A stretch of DNA of 64,000 bases from Patescibacteria group bacterium (GTDB taxonomy: Bacteria; Patescibacteriota; Patescibacteriia; Patescibacteriales; UBA12465), in the NCBI GenBank assembly GCA_034002925.1, contig JAVEZP010000001.1, positions 132,024 to 196,023 on the forward strand, given 5' to 3'. This document shows positions 35,968 to 44,932 of the stretch, in pieces (the stretch's first letter is position 1; each line of letters opens with the position of its first letter). The notes below the pieces were generated by a model. That model was not told where the DNA came from. It saw nothing but the letters and a program-made list of their open reading frames with translations, and searched no databases. Both the position numbers and the translations under genes were made by a program.

Positions 35968-38900
35968 ATGTATTTAGAAAAACTGGAAATTCAAGGTTTT
36001 AAATCTTTTGCTAATAAAAATAAATTAATTTTTCCCGGAGATATCAAAAGCAATGGGAAACATGGCCTAACCGCTATTGTTGGACCTAATGGCTCAGGCA
36101 AATCTAATATTGCTGACGCTATTCGTTGGGTTTTAGGAGAGCAAAGTTTAAAAACTTTAAGAGGTAAAAAAAGCGAAGATGTTATTTTTTCTGGCTCAGA
36201 CAAAAAAAGTCAGTTAGGTATGGCCGAAGTGTCTCTATTTCTCAATAATAGTGGCCGCCAAAACAAAAAAAGCGAATCAGAAGAAATACTTGATAATAAT
36301 AAAGATGCCAATGGCAACTCATTATCGCCATTAGACTATGATGAAATTGTCATTACGCGTCGCCTTTTTAGAAGTGGCGAAAGCGAATATCTCATTAACG
36401 GCAATCGTGTGCGTTTAGCAGATATCCAAATTATGCTAGCTAAATCTAATGTTGGCCAGAAAACCTATAGCGTGATTGGGCAAGGCATGGTGGAAAATTT
36501 CTTAAACACTGGAGCTGCTGAAAGAAAAGATTTTTTTGATGAAGCGACTGGTGTTAAACAGTTTCAAATTAAAAGAGATCAATCTTTAAATAAACTAGAA
36601 AGCAGTTATTCCAATCTTCAACAAGTCGAAATGCTGCTTGCTGAAATTAAGCCGCGCTTAAAAATGCTCAATCGACAAGTAGAAAAATTAAAGAAACGTA
36701 GCCAATTAGAAAGTGAATTAAAAACAAAACAGCTCAGCTATTATTCACAAATCTGGCAAGAAATTGTTGTAAAAATAGAAAACTATAATACTAAATTAAA
36801 GGAACTACAGAAAAATAAAAAGATTGAAGAAGAAAAACTCGTCTTAGCTCAATCTGAATTAACAAAAATAAAAGACAACAATAATGACCAAAATGATAAT
36901 CTTTCTGAAATAATTAGAGAACAACAAAACAAAAAAAATGCGATTGTTAAAAACATTGCTCGTTTAAATGCAGAGATTGAATTACAACTTGAAGCTCAAG
37001 GTCAATTTGATGCTGCTTGGCTTAATAAACGTCTAGAAGAGTTAAAGAGTGAACAACAAACATTAGAAAAAGAGCTACACATCTTAGAGCAGCAAAAACC
37101 AAATAATGAATTAACTAGCGTTAAAGAAAAGTTGGAAAAAATTCAATCAGAGCTTGAAGAAAAAGCAAAAATTAAAAACAAAAGCGAACAAAAATTAATA
37201 GAAAAAGATCGTCTAATTAAACAAATAGATAGACTGGATGCTTTTTTAGAAGTTAATTTAGAAGCAAAAGGGCACTACGATGTTGCTTGGCTAAATAATA
37301 AAAGAACTGAACTTGAAAAAGCCCTTACTAAATTAAAAACTGAATTAGACCTTATTAATGTTTTAGACTTGCAAAACGAAATCATTAATTTAAACACTCA
37401 AAAACAAAAATTAGATAGTTTGATTAATAGTGCCAACATAGAACTATCAAAATTAAATCAAGAATTAAAAAATAGTGGTCGTCCAGCAGCTGGCAGAGAG
37501 GAAATTAATCGTAGCATTGAAAGTTTTCTACAAAAATTAGAAGATATTAAAAAAGAAAATGATTTAAATAAAATCAAGCAATTAATTGCTGAAGCAAAAT
37601 CCGCTTTTAAACAACAAATTAGCACATTAATTGATGGCGAAATTTCAGATAAATTAGAGCAAGCTAAAAATTTACAAGCTAGCATAATAGCTAATAGCGA
37701 AGCTAGGCAGGAATTAATTAATACTATTAATGCCCAACAGTTAGCCCTGTCTACCAAGCAAGAGCAAAAGCGCCTTTTACAAATACGCCAACAAGAAATA
37801 CTCACAGAGCAAAAAGAAATTGAAGAAAAAATTACAAAGAGCAAAAATATTATAGATGCTAATATTATTAAATCTGAAAAAGAAGAATTATATAAAAAAT
37901 TACACTCTTTAGAAGCAGAAATCATAGACTTGCAAAATAACTCTGATAATAAAAAACTATTAGAACAACAAGCTCAAGTGAGAGTAGAGCAAGCAGATTA
38001 TTTTTTGAAAGCCTCTGCCTTAAATGACAAAATTAAATTATATCAAGAACAAATTTTAAAAAATAAAAAAGAAGAGCTAGAAATTCAAGGCAAAATTGAA
38101 AAAGGGAAAAATGCTCCTGATGTTGAAAAGATTAAAGCCGAAAAAAATATTCAAGAACAAGAATTAAATGAACTTGATAAAACATTAAATCACTTAGAAG
38201 AAGAATTGAGACAAAATGAATTGCTTCGTCAAAAAGAAAAGCAAAAATTCTTTGCTTATCAAGAAAATATTCAATCTTTGCAGAATAAAATCAATCAGCT
38301 ATCAGAAGAAATTGGTAATTTTCAAATAAAATTAACTCGAGAAGAAACTAGACAAGAAGATTTATTGCGCGATATTGAAGAAGAAAAATTAGCAATTACT
38401 GATATTAAAAATTATCCACTAGACAATACTAATATTGATGAACAATTAAGACAAAAAATTAATAATCTCAAAAATCAATTAGAAATGATTGGTGGTATTG
38501 ATCCGGAAACTGAAAAAGAATTTTTAGAAACTAATGACCGACATGAATTTCTATCAAAACAAACCAATGATCTTAATACTGCCATTGACTCCTTAGAAAA
38601 GGTTATCGCTGAATTAGATGAAAATATTAAAGAGCGCTTTGAAAAAGAATTTAAAGTTATCTCTGAAAAATTTGGAGAATACTTTAAAATTTTATTTAAT
38701 GGCGGACAGGCTAAAATATTTAAATTAGAAAATATTGATGACGAAGAGAGCCAAAATAATAAAGAAGAAAAAGAAGAAAGGAGTATTAGATTACGTAAAT
38801 TAAGAAAATATAATAGTCTTGGCATTGCTGGAATCGAAATACAGGCTACTCCTCCAGGTAAAAAAATTCAAAGCATATCTATGCTGTCTGGCGGCGAAAG

Positions 38901-39183
38901 AGCCTTAACCGCTATTGCTCTTATTTGTGCCATTATTAGCGCTAACCCTTCTCCTTTTGTTGTTCTAGATGAGGTGGATGCAGCCCTTGATGAAGCTAAC
39001 TCAGAAAGATTAGCACAAATACTTGAAGATTTATCTAGCAAAACCCAGTTTATTTCAATTACTCATAATCGCGCGTCCATGAGAAAAGCGAGTGTTATAT
39101 ATGGTGTTACCATGAAATCAGACGGTGTTAGCCAACTATTAAGCATCCGCTTAGACCAAGTAGCCGCTTTCAAAGATCAATAA
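35968..39183 (+). CDS. smc: chromosome segregation protein SMC
   Basis: N-terminal MYLEKLEIQGFKSF...GPNGSGKSN, long coiled coils with a hinge, and C-terminal LSGGERALTAIAL...LDEVDAALD. Confidence 0.95.
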   Translation: MYLEKLEIQGFKSFANKNKLIFPGDIKSNGKHGLTAIVGPNGSGKSNIADAIRWVLGEQSLKTLRGKKSEDVIFSGSDKKSQLGMAEVSLFLNNSGRQNKKSESEEILDNNKDANGNSLSPLDYDEIVITRRLFRSGESEYLINGNRVRLADIQIMLAKSNVGQKTYSVIGQGMVENFLNTGAAERKDFFDEATGVKQFQIKRDQSLNKLESSYSNLQQVEMLLAEIKPRLKMLNRQVEKLKKRSQLESELKTKQLSYYSQIWQEIVVKIENYNTKLKELQKNKKIEEEKLVLAQSELTKIKDNNNDQNDNLSEIIREQQNKKNAIVKNIARLNAEIELQLEAQGQFDAAWLNKRLEELKSEQQTLEKELHILEQQKPNNELTSVKEKLEKIQSELEEKAKIKNKSEQKLIEKDRLIKQIDRLDAFLEVNLEAKGHYDVAWLNNKRTELEKALTKLKTELDLINVLDLQNEIINLNTQKQKLDSLINSANIELSKLNQELKNSGRPAAGREEINRSIESFLQKLEDIKKENDLNKIKQLIAEAKSAFKQQISTLIDGEISDKLEQAKNLQASIIANSEARQELINTINAQQLALSTKQEQKRLLQIRQQEILTEQKEIEEKITKSKNIIDANIIKSEKEELYKKLHSLEAEIIDLQNNSDNKKLLEQQAQVRVEQADYFLKASALNDKIKLYQEQILKNKKEELEIQGKIEKGKNAPDVEKIKAEKNIQEQELNELDKTLNHLEEELRQNELLRQKEKQKFFAYQENIQSLQNKINQLSEEIGNFQIKLTREETRQEDLLRDIEEEKLAITDIKNYPLDNTNIDEQLRQKINNLKNQLEMIGGIDPETEKEFLETNDRHEFLSKQTNDLNTAIDSLEKVIAELDENIKERFEKEFKVISEKFGEYFKILFNGGQAKIFKLENIDDEESQNNKEEKEERSIRLRKLRKYNSLGIAGIEIQATPPGKKIQSISMLSGGERALTAIALICAIISANPSPFVVLDEVDAALDEANSERLAQILEDLSSKTQFISITHNRASMRKASVIYGVTMKSDGVSQLLSIRLDQVAAFKDQ

Positions 39184-39196
39184 TAAAAAATCCAAC

Positions 39197-39227
39197 AAAA
39201 AAACTACTCTATATGGAGTAGTTTTTT
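39197..39227 (+). terminator. intrinsic terminator after smc
   Basis: AAACTACTC-TATATG-GAGTAGTTTTTT. Confidence 0.8.
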
Positions 39228-39299
39228 AATACTTATCCTTGTTTTATTTATCCTGTTTTTTTGTTATAATAATAGCGATGATTCTAACTTAATTATTTT

Positions 39300-40670
39300 A
39301 TGCGTAACAAAATTATCATTTTAGGTCTTTTGTTTGTTTTTATTCTCAGCACAGGTTTTGGTTGTAAAACTGTTGACAAAGAAACTCAAAAAGCAATGGA
39401 ACCTATTACTCTAACTTATTGGCGTGTCTTTGATGATTCTGATGCTTTTGAAGAAATAATTAATAATTATAAATTAATTCATCCAAATATTACTATCAAC
39501 TACCGCAAACTCCGATATGAAGAATATGAAAATGAACTACTTAATGCCTTAGCTGAGGATCGCGGCCCTGATATTATTTCTATTCATAATACTTGGATTA
39601 GAAGATACCAGAATAAAATTGTGCCAATGCCCACTGCTATTACCTTAGCCTATCCTATAGAAAAAGGTTCTATTAAAAAAGAAATTGTACCAGAACTAAG
39701 AACTAGTCGAACTCCAACCTTAAAAGAATTAAAAGATACTTTTGTAGATGCCGTGTATAGCGATGTTGTCTTGGACGATAATCAAATTTATGCTTTACCA
39801 TTATCTGTGGACACTCTCGCTTTATTTTATAATCGAGATTTACTAAATAATGCTGGTATTACCCAAGCTCCTCAATATTGGAATAAAATCTTTCAACAAG
39901 ATGTAAAGAAATTAACCAGACAAGATCCTTTACAAGGCATTGCTCAATCTGGTATAGCGATGGGGGGCAGCAATAACATTGAACGTTTTAGTGATATTCT
40001 ATCGGTGTTAATGATGCAAAATGGCGCCACTATGATGGAAGGCAAGCAAGTTTTATTTAATATTATTCCAGCAGCTACCAGAAATACAAATTATAATCCC
40101 GGTCTTGAAGCTTTACGTTTCTATATTGATTTCAGTAATCCCGGTAAAGAAGTTTATTCTTGGAACGAAGACTTATCAAATTCCATTACTTTATTTACTA
40201 GTGGCAAACTAGCCATGATGTTTGGCTATTCTTATCATTTACCCATTATTAAAGCTCAAGCACCAAAACTTAATTTCTCTGTTAGTAAACTACCCCAAAT
40301 TGAAGGCAGTCCCGTGGAGGTAAACTTTGCTAACTATTGGGTAGAGGCTGTTTCAAAAAAAAGCAAACATCAAGAAGCAGCTTGGGACTTTATCTTATTC
40401 GCTACCAAAGCAGAACAAGTTAAGTCTTATTTAGATAAAACCAATAAACCAACTGCTTTAAGAGCATTAGTACCTGAGCAAAGAAATGATAATGAAATCG
40501 GCATATTTGCTGATCAAGTTCTAACAGCTAAAAGTTGGTATAAAGGAAAAGACCCAATTGCTGCCGAAACCGCTCTAGCTGAAATGATTGAAGCAGCTAA
40601 AAAAAATCTCGATAAAATCATGGATGCTCTGAATGCTGGAGCATCTAAAGTGCAACAAACTATTAATTAA
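39300..40670 (+). CDS. ABC-type extracellular solute-binding lipoprotein (sugar-binding family 1 like), orphan
   Basis: Lipobox LSTGFGC, with a size and pattern typical of SBP_bac_1. No permease or ATPase genes are adjacent. Confidence 0.7.
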   Translation: MRNKIIILGLLFVFILSTGFGCKTVDKETQKAMEPITLTYWRVFDDSDAFEEIINNYKLIHPNITINYRKLRYEEYENELLNALAEDRGPDIISIHNTWIRRYQNKIVPMPTAITLAYPIEKGSIKKEIVPELRTSRTPTLKELKDTFVDAVYSDVVLDDNQIYALPLSVDTLALFYNRDLLNNAGITQAPQYWNKIFQQDVKKLTRQDPLQGIAQSGIAMGGSNNIERFSDILSVLMMQNGATMMEGKQVLFNIIPAATRNTNYNPGLEALRFYIDFSNPGKEVYSWNEDLSNSITLFTSGKLAMMFGYSYHLPIIKAQAPKLNFSVSKLPQIEGSPVEVNFANYWVEAVSKKSKHQEAAWDFILFATKAEQVKSYLDKTNKPTALRALVPEQRNDNEIGIFADQVLTAKSWYKGKDPIAAETALAEMIEAAKKNLDKIMDALNAGASKVQQTIN

Positions 40671-40674
40671 TTTT

Positions 40675-41097
40675 ATGTTCAAAAAAACTCTGGCAGTTAT
40701 ATTAATCACCATCTTTTCTCTGATTTTTGCTAACTTAAGTCTGGCACAAGACTCTATTATAGATCCTAGTAGTGATAGTAATTATGCCACTGGCGACTAT
40801 GAGGTCAACGACATTTTAAATATTGCTATTGGTGTTACAAAAATCATTTTAGGAGTAGTAGGGTCAATTACTTTATTAATGTTTGTTTATGGCGGCTTAA
40901 TGTTTTTAATTTCAGCCGGCAGTAGTGAAAAAGTAGCTAAAGCAAAAAGTATTTTAGTAGCTGCGGTTATTGGCTTATTAATAGTTTTTACTAGTTATCT
41001 AATTATACGATTTGTTTTAAGCGCTCTAGGTAGAGACGATTTTCAAGGTAATTTTATTAATATCACAAAAACACATCAATTAAGCTTAATCAGTTAA
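40675..41097 (+). CDS. VirB2/TrbC-like (T4SS-pilin-like) small two-TM secreted protein, paralog 0
   Basis: Signal peptide ...LSLAQD, then TM1-GGLMFLISAGSSEKVAKAKS-TM2. The architecture matches the 42810-45361 array. The start at 40675 is 4 nt after the SBP stop. Confidence 0.65.
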   Translation: MFKKTLAVILITIFSLIFANLSLAQDSIIDPSSDSNYATGDYEVNDILNIAIGVTKIILGVVGSITLLMFVYGGLMFLISAGSSEKVAKAKSILVAAVIGLLIVFTSYLIIRFVLSALGRDDFQGNFINITKTHQLSLIS

Positions 41098-41102
41098 AGT
41101 CC

Positions 41103-41768
41103 ATGCAAGAATTTTCTTTTCCCAAAGAACAAGAGGCTCCTGGTAAAATTTTAAGAGAGAGCCGTCAAGAAAAAAAAATAAGCTTGGAAGAGGCAGCCGC
41201 GCATCTTCGTATTAAAAAAGAGTATCTTCTTGCTTTGGAAAATGACGATTACAATCAATTACCTTCTGGTTTATATGGTAAACAATTTCTACAAAAATAT
41301 TGTAAACTCCTTAAATTAAATTACAATAAAATATTAGCTCAAACACCTCTTAAAGATTCTCTTTTTCAAAATGATCCCTTTTCTAAAAAAGTACTGAGAT
41401 CAAGAAATTTTCTAGTTTTTCCTAAATTAATCAGAAATATTGTATTATTAATAATTTTTTTAATTTTCTTTTTCTATTTACTATTTTATTTTAAACGCCT
41501 GTCTGCTCCGCCTAAACTAATTGTTAATCAACCAGAAAAAAATTTAGTTACTAGCGCCTATGTCATTGATGTTACCGGAATAAGTGATCCCGAAACTGAA
41601 ATTACCATTAATGGTAGCTTAGTTATGAGTGATCAAAATGGTAATTTTAGCCAAGAAATACAGTTAAAAAGCGGGCTTAATAACATTAATATCGTAGCCA
41701 AGAAAAAACATGGACGAGAAAATTTCGTTCAAAGACAAATCTTGGTAGAAAACCAATATGAACAATAA
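41103..41768 (+). CDS. RodZ-like HTH membrane protein
   Basis: N-terminal HTH GKILRESRQEKKISLEEAAAHLRIKKEYLLALENDDYNQLP (RodZ/HTH_25 pattern), one TM helix, and an extracytoplasmic beta-rich domain. Confidence 0.65.
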   Translation: MQEFSFPKEQEAPGKILRESRQEKKISLEEAAAHLRIKKEYLLALENDDYNQLPSGLYGKQFLQKYCKLLKLNYNKILAQTPLKDSLFQNDPFSKKVLRSRNFLVFPKLIRNIVLLIIFLIFFFYLLFYFKRLSAPPKLIVNQPEKNLVTSAYVIDVTGISDPETEITINGSLVMSDQNGNFSQEIQLKSGLNNINIVAKKKHGRENFVQRQILVENQYEQ

Positions 41769-42306
41769 TCAAGGCTCACTATTTGACATAAATTTTATTT
41801 TGAATAAAATAGCAATATCAGCTGGAGAACAAATTGCTGAATTGGGTTGTGGTGCTTTTGGTTACTTTGTCTTTCCAGCAGCTAAAATGATTGGAGATAG
41901 AGGTAAACTATTTGCTGTAGATATTCTAAAAAGCACTTTAGAGGATATTAAGAAAAGAGCTTTACAAGAAAATCTAAAACAAATAGAAACTGTGTGGAGT
42001 AATTTAGAAATATTTAAAGGCACTAAAATAGAAAGCTCCAGTTTAGACAAAGTATTGCTAATCAATATCTTGCATCAATCAGACAAAAGAGCCGATATTT
42101 TACGAGAAGCTACAAGAATCATGAAAACAAAAGCAAAAATGTTAATTATTGAATGGAAGCACATAGATAGTCCTCTTGGACCACCACTAAATAAAAAAGT
42201 GCAAAAAAGCGCATTAAAAGAAGCGGCTCCTAAATTAGGCTTAAGCCTAGAAGATGAATTTGAAGCCGGCCCTTATCATTACGGACTTATTTTTCATAAA
42301 TCATAA
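41758..42306 (+). CDS. class I SAM-dependent methyltransferase
   Basis: Motif I IAELGCGAFGY and motif II-like LFAVDI. Confidence 0.65.
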   Translation: MNNNQGSLFDINFILNKIAISAGEQIAELGCGAFGYFVFPAAKMIGDRGKLFAVDILKSTLEDIKKRALQENLKQIETVWSNLEIFKGTKIESSSLDKVLLINILHQSDKRADILREATRIMKTKAKMLIIEWKHIDSPLGPPLNKKVQKSALKEAAPKLGLSLEDEFEAGPYHYGLIFHKS

Positions 42307-42311
42307 ATAAT

Positions 42312-42695
42312 ATGCAAAACCTACTTACTTGGAAATTTTGGTTCAACCTGAGACCAGAGTTATTACTGCCAACTTTTCAAAAGATTTATCTAGCTATTTT
42401 ATTAATTTTACTAATACTAGCTATTTTTTCTTATTTCAAACAAACAAAGAAGAGTCTTTATAAAAGATTTTGGAAACAATCTTATGTTTTTAGTTTCAGT
42501 AATTTGGTAATTGGAGCAATTTTTTTCTTCTTTAATTATGAAAGAGCCGCCTTTCTGTCTGCTCGTTTCTGGCTTGCCCTATGGGGAATAAGCATGTTAA
42601 TTTGGTTAGTCTATTTAATAAAAATATATCGACAAGTACCACTGAATAAAAAACGCTTAGAAGAAGAACAAGAATATAAAAAATATATCCCTTAA
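42312..42695 (+). CDS. small membrane protein, unknown function
   Basis: Three predicted TM helices. ORF only. Confidence 0.5.
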   Translation: MQNLLTWKFWFNLRPELLLPTFQKIYLAILLILLILAIFSYFKQTKKSLYKRFWKQSYVFSFSNLVIGAIFFFFNYERAAFLSARFWLALWGISMLIWLVYLIKIYRQVPLNKKRLEEEQEYKKYIP

Positions 42696-42697
42696 AA

Positions 42698-42726
42698 TAA
42701 AATCCTCCATTAGGAGGATTTTTTTC
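42698..42726 (+). terminator. intrinsic terminator
   Basis: AAAATCCTCC-ATTA-GGAGGATTTTTTT. Confidence 0.85.
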
Positions 42727-42737
42727 TTATTTTAATA

Positions 42738-42766
42738 TTGTCTTTACCCCATTATTATGCTAAAAT
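42738..42766 (+). promoter_or_regulatory. candidate promoter TTGTCT-N17-TAAAAT for the pilin-like array
   Basis: The spacing is canonical. A strong SD, AAAGGTGGTGA, lies 4 nt before the ATG at 42810. Confidence 0.5.
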
Positions 42767-42809
42767 AAAATCATCATTTAATTAATCAAAACTAGAAAGG
42801 TGGTGAATT

Positions 42810-43184
42810 ATGAATAAAGTTATTAAACATGTTTTAGTGTTTGCTATGTTAGCTTTTTTGGCTATGCCTGCTCTAGTATTCGCACAAGGCGAGTTAGATT
42901 TAGGTTTACAACCAATTGAAGATAATATTGCTTTATCTGATCGTGATCCTAGAGAAACCGTTGCTCAACTTATTAACGTGGCCATGTTATTCCTTGGTAT
43001 TATTGCTGTTGGCATCGTCTTATTAGGAGGTTTCAAATGGATGACTGCTGGTGGTAATGAAGATAAAGTAGGTGAAGCTAAAAAATTAATGGGAGCAGGT
43101 GTGATTGGTTTAGTTATTGTCTTGTCAGCTTGGGGTATCGCAACCTTCATCCTCAACCAATTAGTGACCGCTACTGGTGCCTAA
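42810..43184 (+). CDS. VirB2/TrbC-like pilin-like protein, paralog 1 (likely major subunit)
   Basis: Signal peptide ...LVFAQG, a variable segment, then TM1-GGFKWMTAGGNEDKVGEAKK-TM2. Confidence 0.7.
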   Translation: MNKVIKHVLVFAMLAFLAMPALVFAQGELDLGLQPIEDNIALSDRDPRETVAQLINVAMLFLGIIAVGIVLLGGFKWMTAGGNEDKVGEAKKLMGAGVIGLVIVLSAWGIATFILNQLVTATGA

Positions 43185-43290
43185 TTATTTCTAGAATCGA
43201 TTTTGGAAAAAACGGTCCTTGTTTAAGCAGGGACCGTCGCTCTGTAAATCAGTTTACTGGTTTCTAGAGCGACGAAAATAATATTATTAT

Positions 43291-43686
43291 ATGCTTTTTT
43301 TCAAATTTAAAAAATTATTAGCTCTCATTGTGTTTGTATTTATTGGCAGCGTTATTTCTCTAGCCAACGTCCAAGCTCAAGAGGGAAATTATGGCTTAGA
43401 TGCCAGCGCTAGTAAAGTTTCCGCCTTTAGCGAACAAATGGGTAATAATTATAATACAAATTTTTTAAATACGAGGATTGGTTCAATTATAGGTATCGCC
43501 CTTTCTTTTATTGGGGTGATATTTTTAATATTAATGATTTATGCTGGTATTTCTTGGATGACAGCTTCAGGTAACCAAGAAAAAGTGACTAAGGCTAAAG
43601 ACCTGATTATCAACGCCATTATTGGTTTAATTATTGTTTTAGCTGCTTATGCTATTACCTCCTTTATTGGTAATCGTTTAATGTAA
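43291..43686 (+). CDS. VirB2/TrbC-like pilin-like protein, paralog 2
   Basis: Signal peptide ...NVQAQE; core AGISWMTASGNQEKVTKAKD flanked by two TM helices. Confidence 0.7.
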   Translation: MLFFKFKKLLALIVFVFIGSVISLANVQAQEGNYGLDASASKVSAFSEQMGNNYNTNFLNTRIGSIIGIALSFIGVIFLILMIYAGISWMTASGNQEKVTKAKDLIINAIIGLIIVLAAYAITSFIGNRLM

Positions 43687-43687
43687 T

Positions 43688-44134
43688 ATGAAACTAATAA
43701 AGTTTTTCTTCACTATTATTTTTTTCTCTCTTGTTTTTCAAATAAATACAAGCCCTGTTTTAGCTGATGAGCCCAACCAGGGATCATACAACTTCAAAGA
43801 ACAAAGTGGTTTATCAGCGGCAGCCACAGGAGCAGGATATGAAATAAATGACGAAAAAACAATTGAATCCTATATTGGACAAATTATCAATATTGTCTTA
43901 TCTGTCTTAGGGGTGGTCTTTTTAATTCTGATTATTTACGGTGGTATTTTATGGATGACGGCTGCTGGTAACGAAGAAAAAGTTAAAAAAGCGAAAGAAT
44001 TAATTACTGAAGCTTTAATTGGTTTAGTAATTGTATTAGCTGCCTATGCTATTAGTTATTTTGTCCTCAATCAATTGGTAAATGCTAGTTTAACCTCCAA
44101 TACGGCCCCCAAAAGCTTTGACCCCAATCCTTAA
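43688..44134 (+). CDS. VirB2/TrbC-like pilin-like protein, paralog 3
   Basis: Core GGILWMTAAGNEEKVKKAKE flanked by two TM helices. Starts 1 nt after the previous stop. Confidence 0.7.
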   Translation: MKLIKFFFTIIFFSLVFQINTSPVLADEPNQGSYNFKEQSGLSAAATGAGYEINDEKTIESYIGQIINIVLSVLGVVFLILIIYGGILWMTAAGNEEKVKKAKELITEALIGLVIVLAAYAISYFVLNQLVNASLTSNTAPKSFDPNP

Positions 44135-44149
44135 TTCAAGAATGATATT

Positions 44150-44518
44150 ATGAAAATAAAAATTGTCTTATTAAATATTTTTCTTTTTCTATTTCTAGTA
44201 AATATTGCTTCCGCCCAAGGACTAAAAGAAGCTTTTAATAATGCAAGGGGCACGGCTCATCAAGCGTCATACGCTACTTATGGTACAGACGACTTACTTA
44301 TCAGTTCAATTAATAATGTAATTAACATTGTCTTATCTTTGTTAGGTGTTATCTTTGTCATTTTAACAGTTTACGGCGGCTTTCTTTATATGACTGCACG
44401 TGGCAATGAAGAACAAACAAAAAAAGCTTTATCAATTATTACTCAGTCTTTAATTGGATTAATAATCGTCTTATCAGCTTACGCTATTAGTTATTTTGTC
44501 TTTAAATTTTTCATTTAA
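44150..44518 (+). CDS. VirB2/TrbC-like pilin-like protein, paralog 4
   Basis: Core GGFLYMTARGNEEQTKKALS flanked by two TM helices. Confidence 0.7.
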   Translation: MKIKIVLLNIFLFLFLVNIASAQGLKEAFNNARGTAHQASYATYGTDDLLISSINNVINIVLSLLGVIFVILTVYGGFLYMTARGNEEQTKKALSIITQSLIGLIIVLSAYAISYFVFKFFI

Positions 44519-44524
44519 TTTTAT

Positions 44525-44929
44525 ATGACTCTAAAAGGCTTAAAACAAACTCTCTTATTATTAGCCATGATTGCTATCATGATTGCCCCTTATTTCGTAT
44601 TTGCTCAAGGAACCTTAAATGAAACAGCCAGTTCTAATCCAATCTCCATGCTAGAAAAAGTAGCCGGTGATTCTTTTGCTGAAACAGACGAAAATTCTTT
44701 ATCCGCTATCATTGGTATGGTGGTGGGTGCCGCCTTAAGTCTTTTAGGTGTTATTTTTGTAGTATTAATGGTTTTAGCTGGTTATAATTGGATGACAGCC
44801 TCTGGCAATGAGCAAAAAGTAGACGAAGCTAAGAGCACACTTAAAAGAGCAATTATTGGTTTAGTAATTGTTTTAGGCGCTTGGAGTATATGGCGATTTA
44901 TATTAGAAAATTTAATTGACCGTTTATAA
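44525..44929 (+). CDS. VirB2/TrbC-like pilin-like protein, paralog 5
   Basis: Core AGYNWMTASGNEQKVDEAKS flanked by two TM helices. Confidence 0.7.
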   Translation: MTLKGLKQTLLLLAMIAIMIAPYFVFAQGTLNETASSNPISMLEKVAGDSFAETDENSLSAIIGMVVGAALSLLGVIFVVLMVLAGYNWMTASGNEQKVDEAKSTLKRAIIGLVIVLGAWSIWRFILENLIDRL

Positions 44930-44932
44930 TAT

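Noticed and set aside
35948-35977. 10-codon upstream ORF (ATGCGCCCAAGCGCTTTTTTATGTATTTAG) overlapping the smc start
   Set aside because: It has no SD and is out of frame with smc. The small GCGC-CCAA-GCGC hairpin plus T-run explains the sequence equally well, so the evidence is insufficient for a feature.
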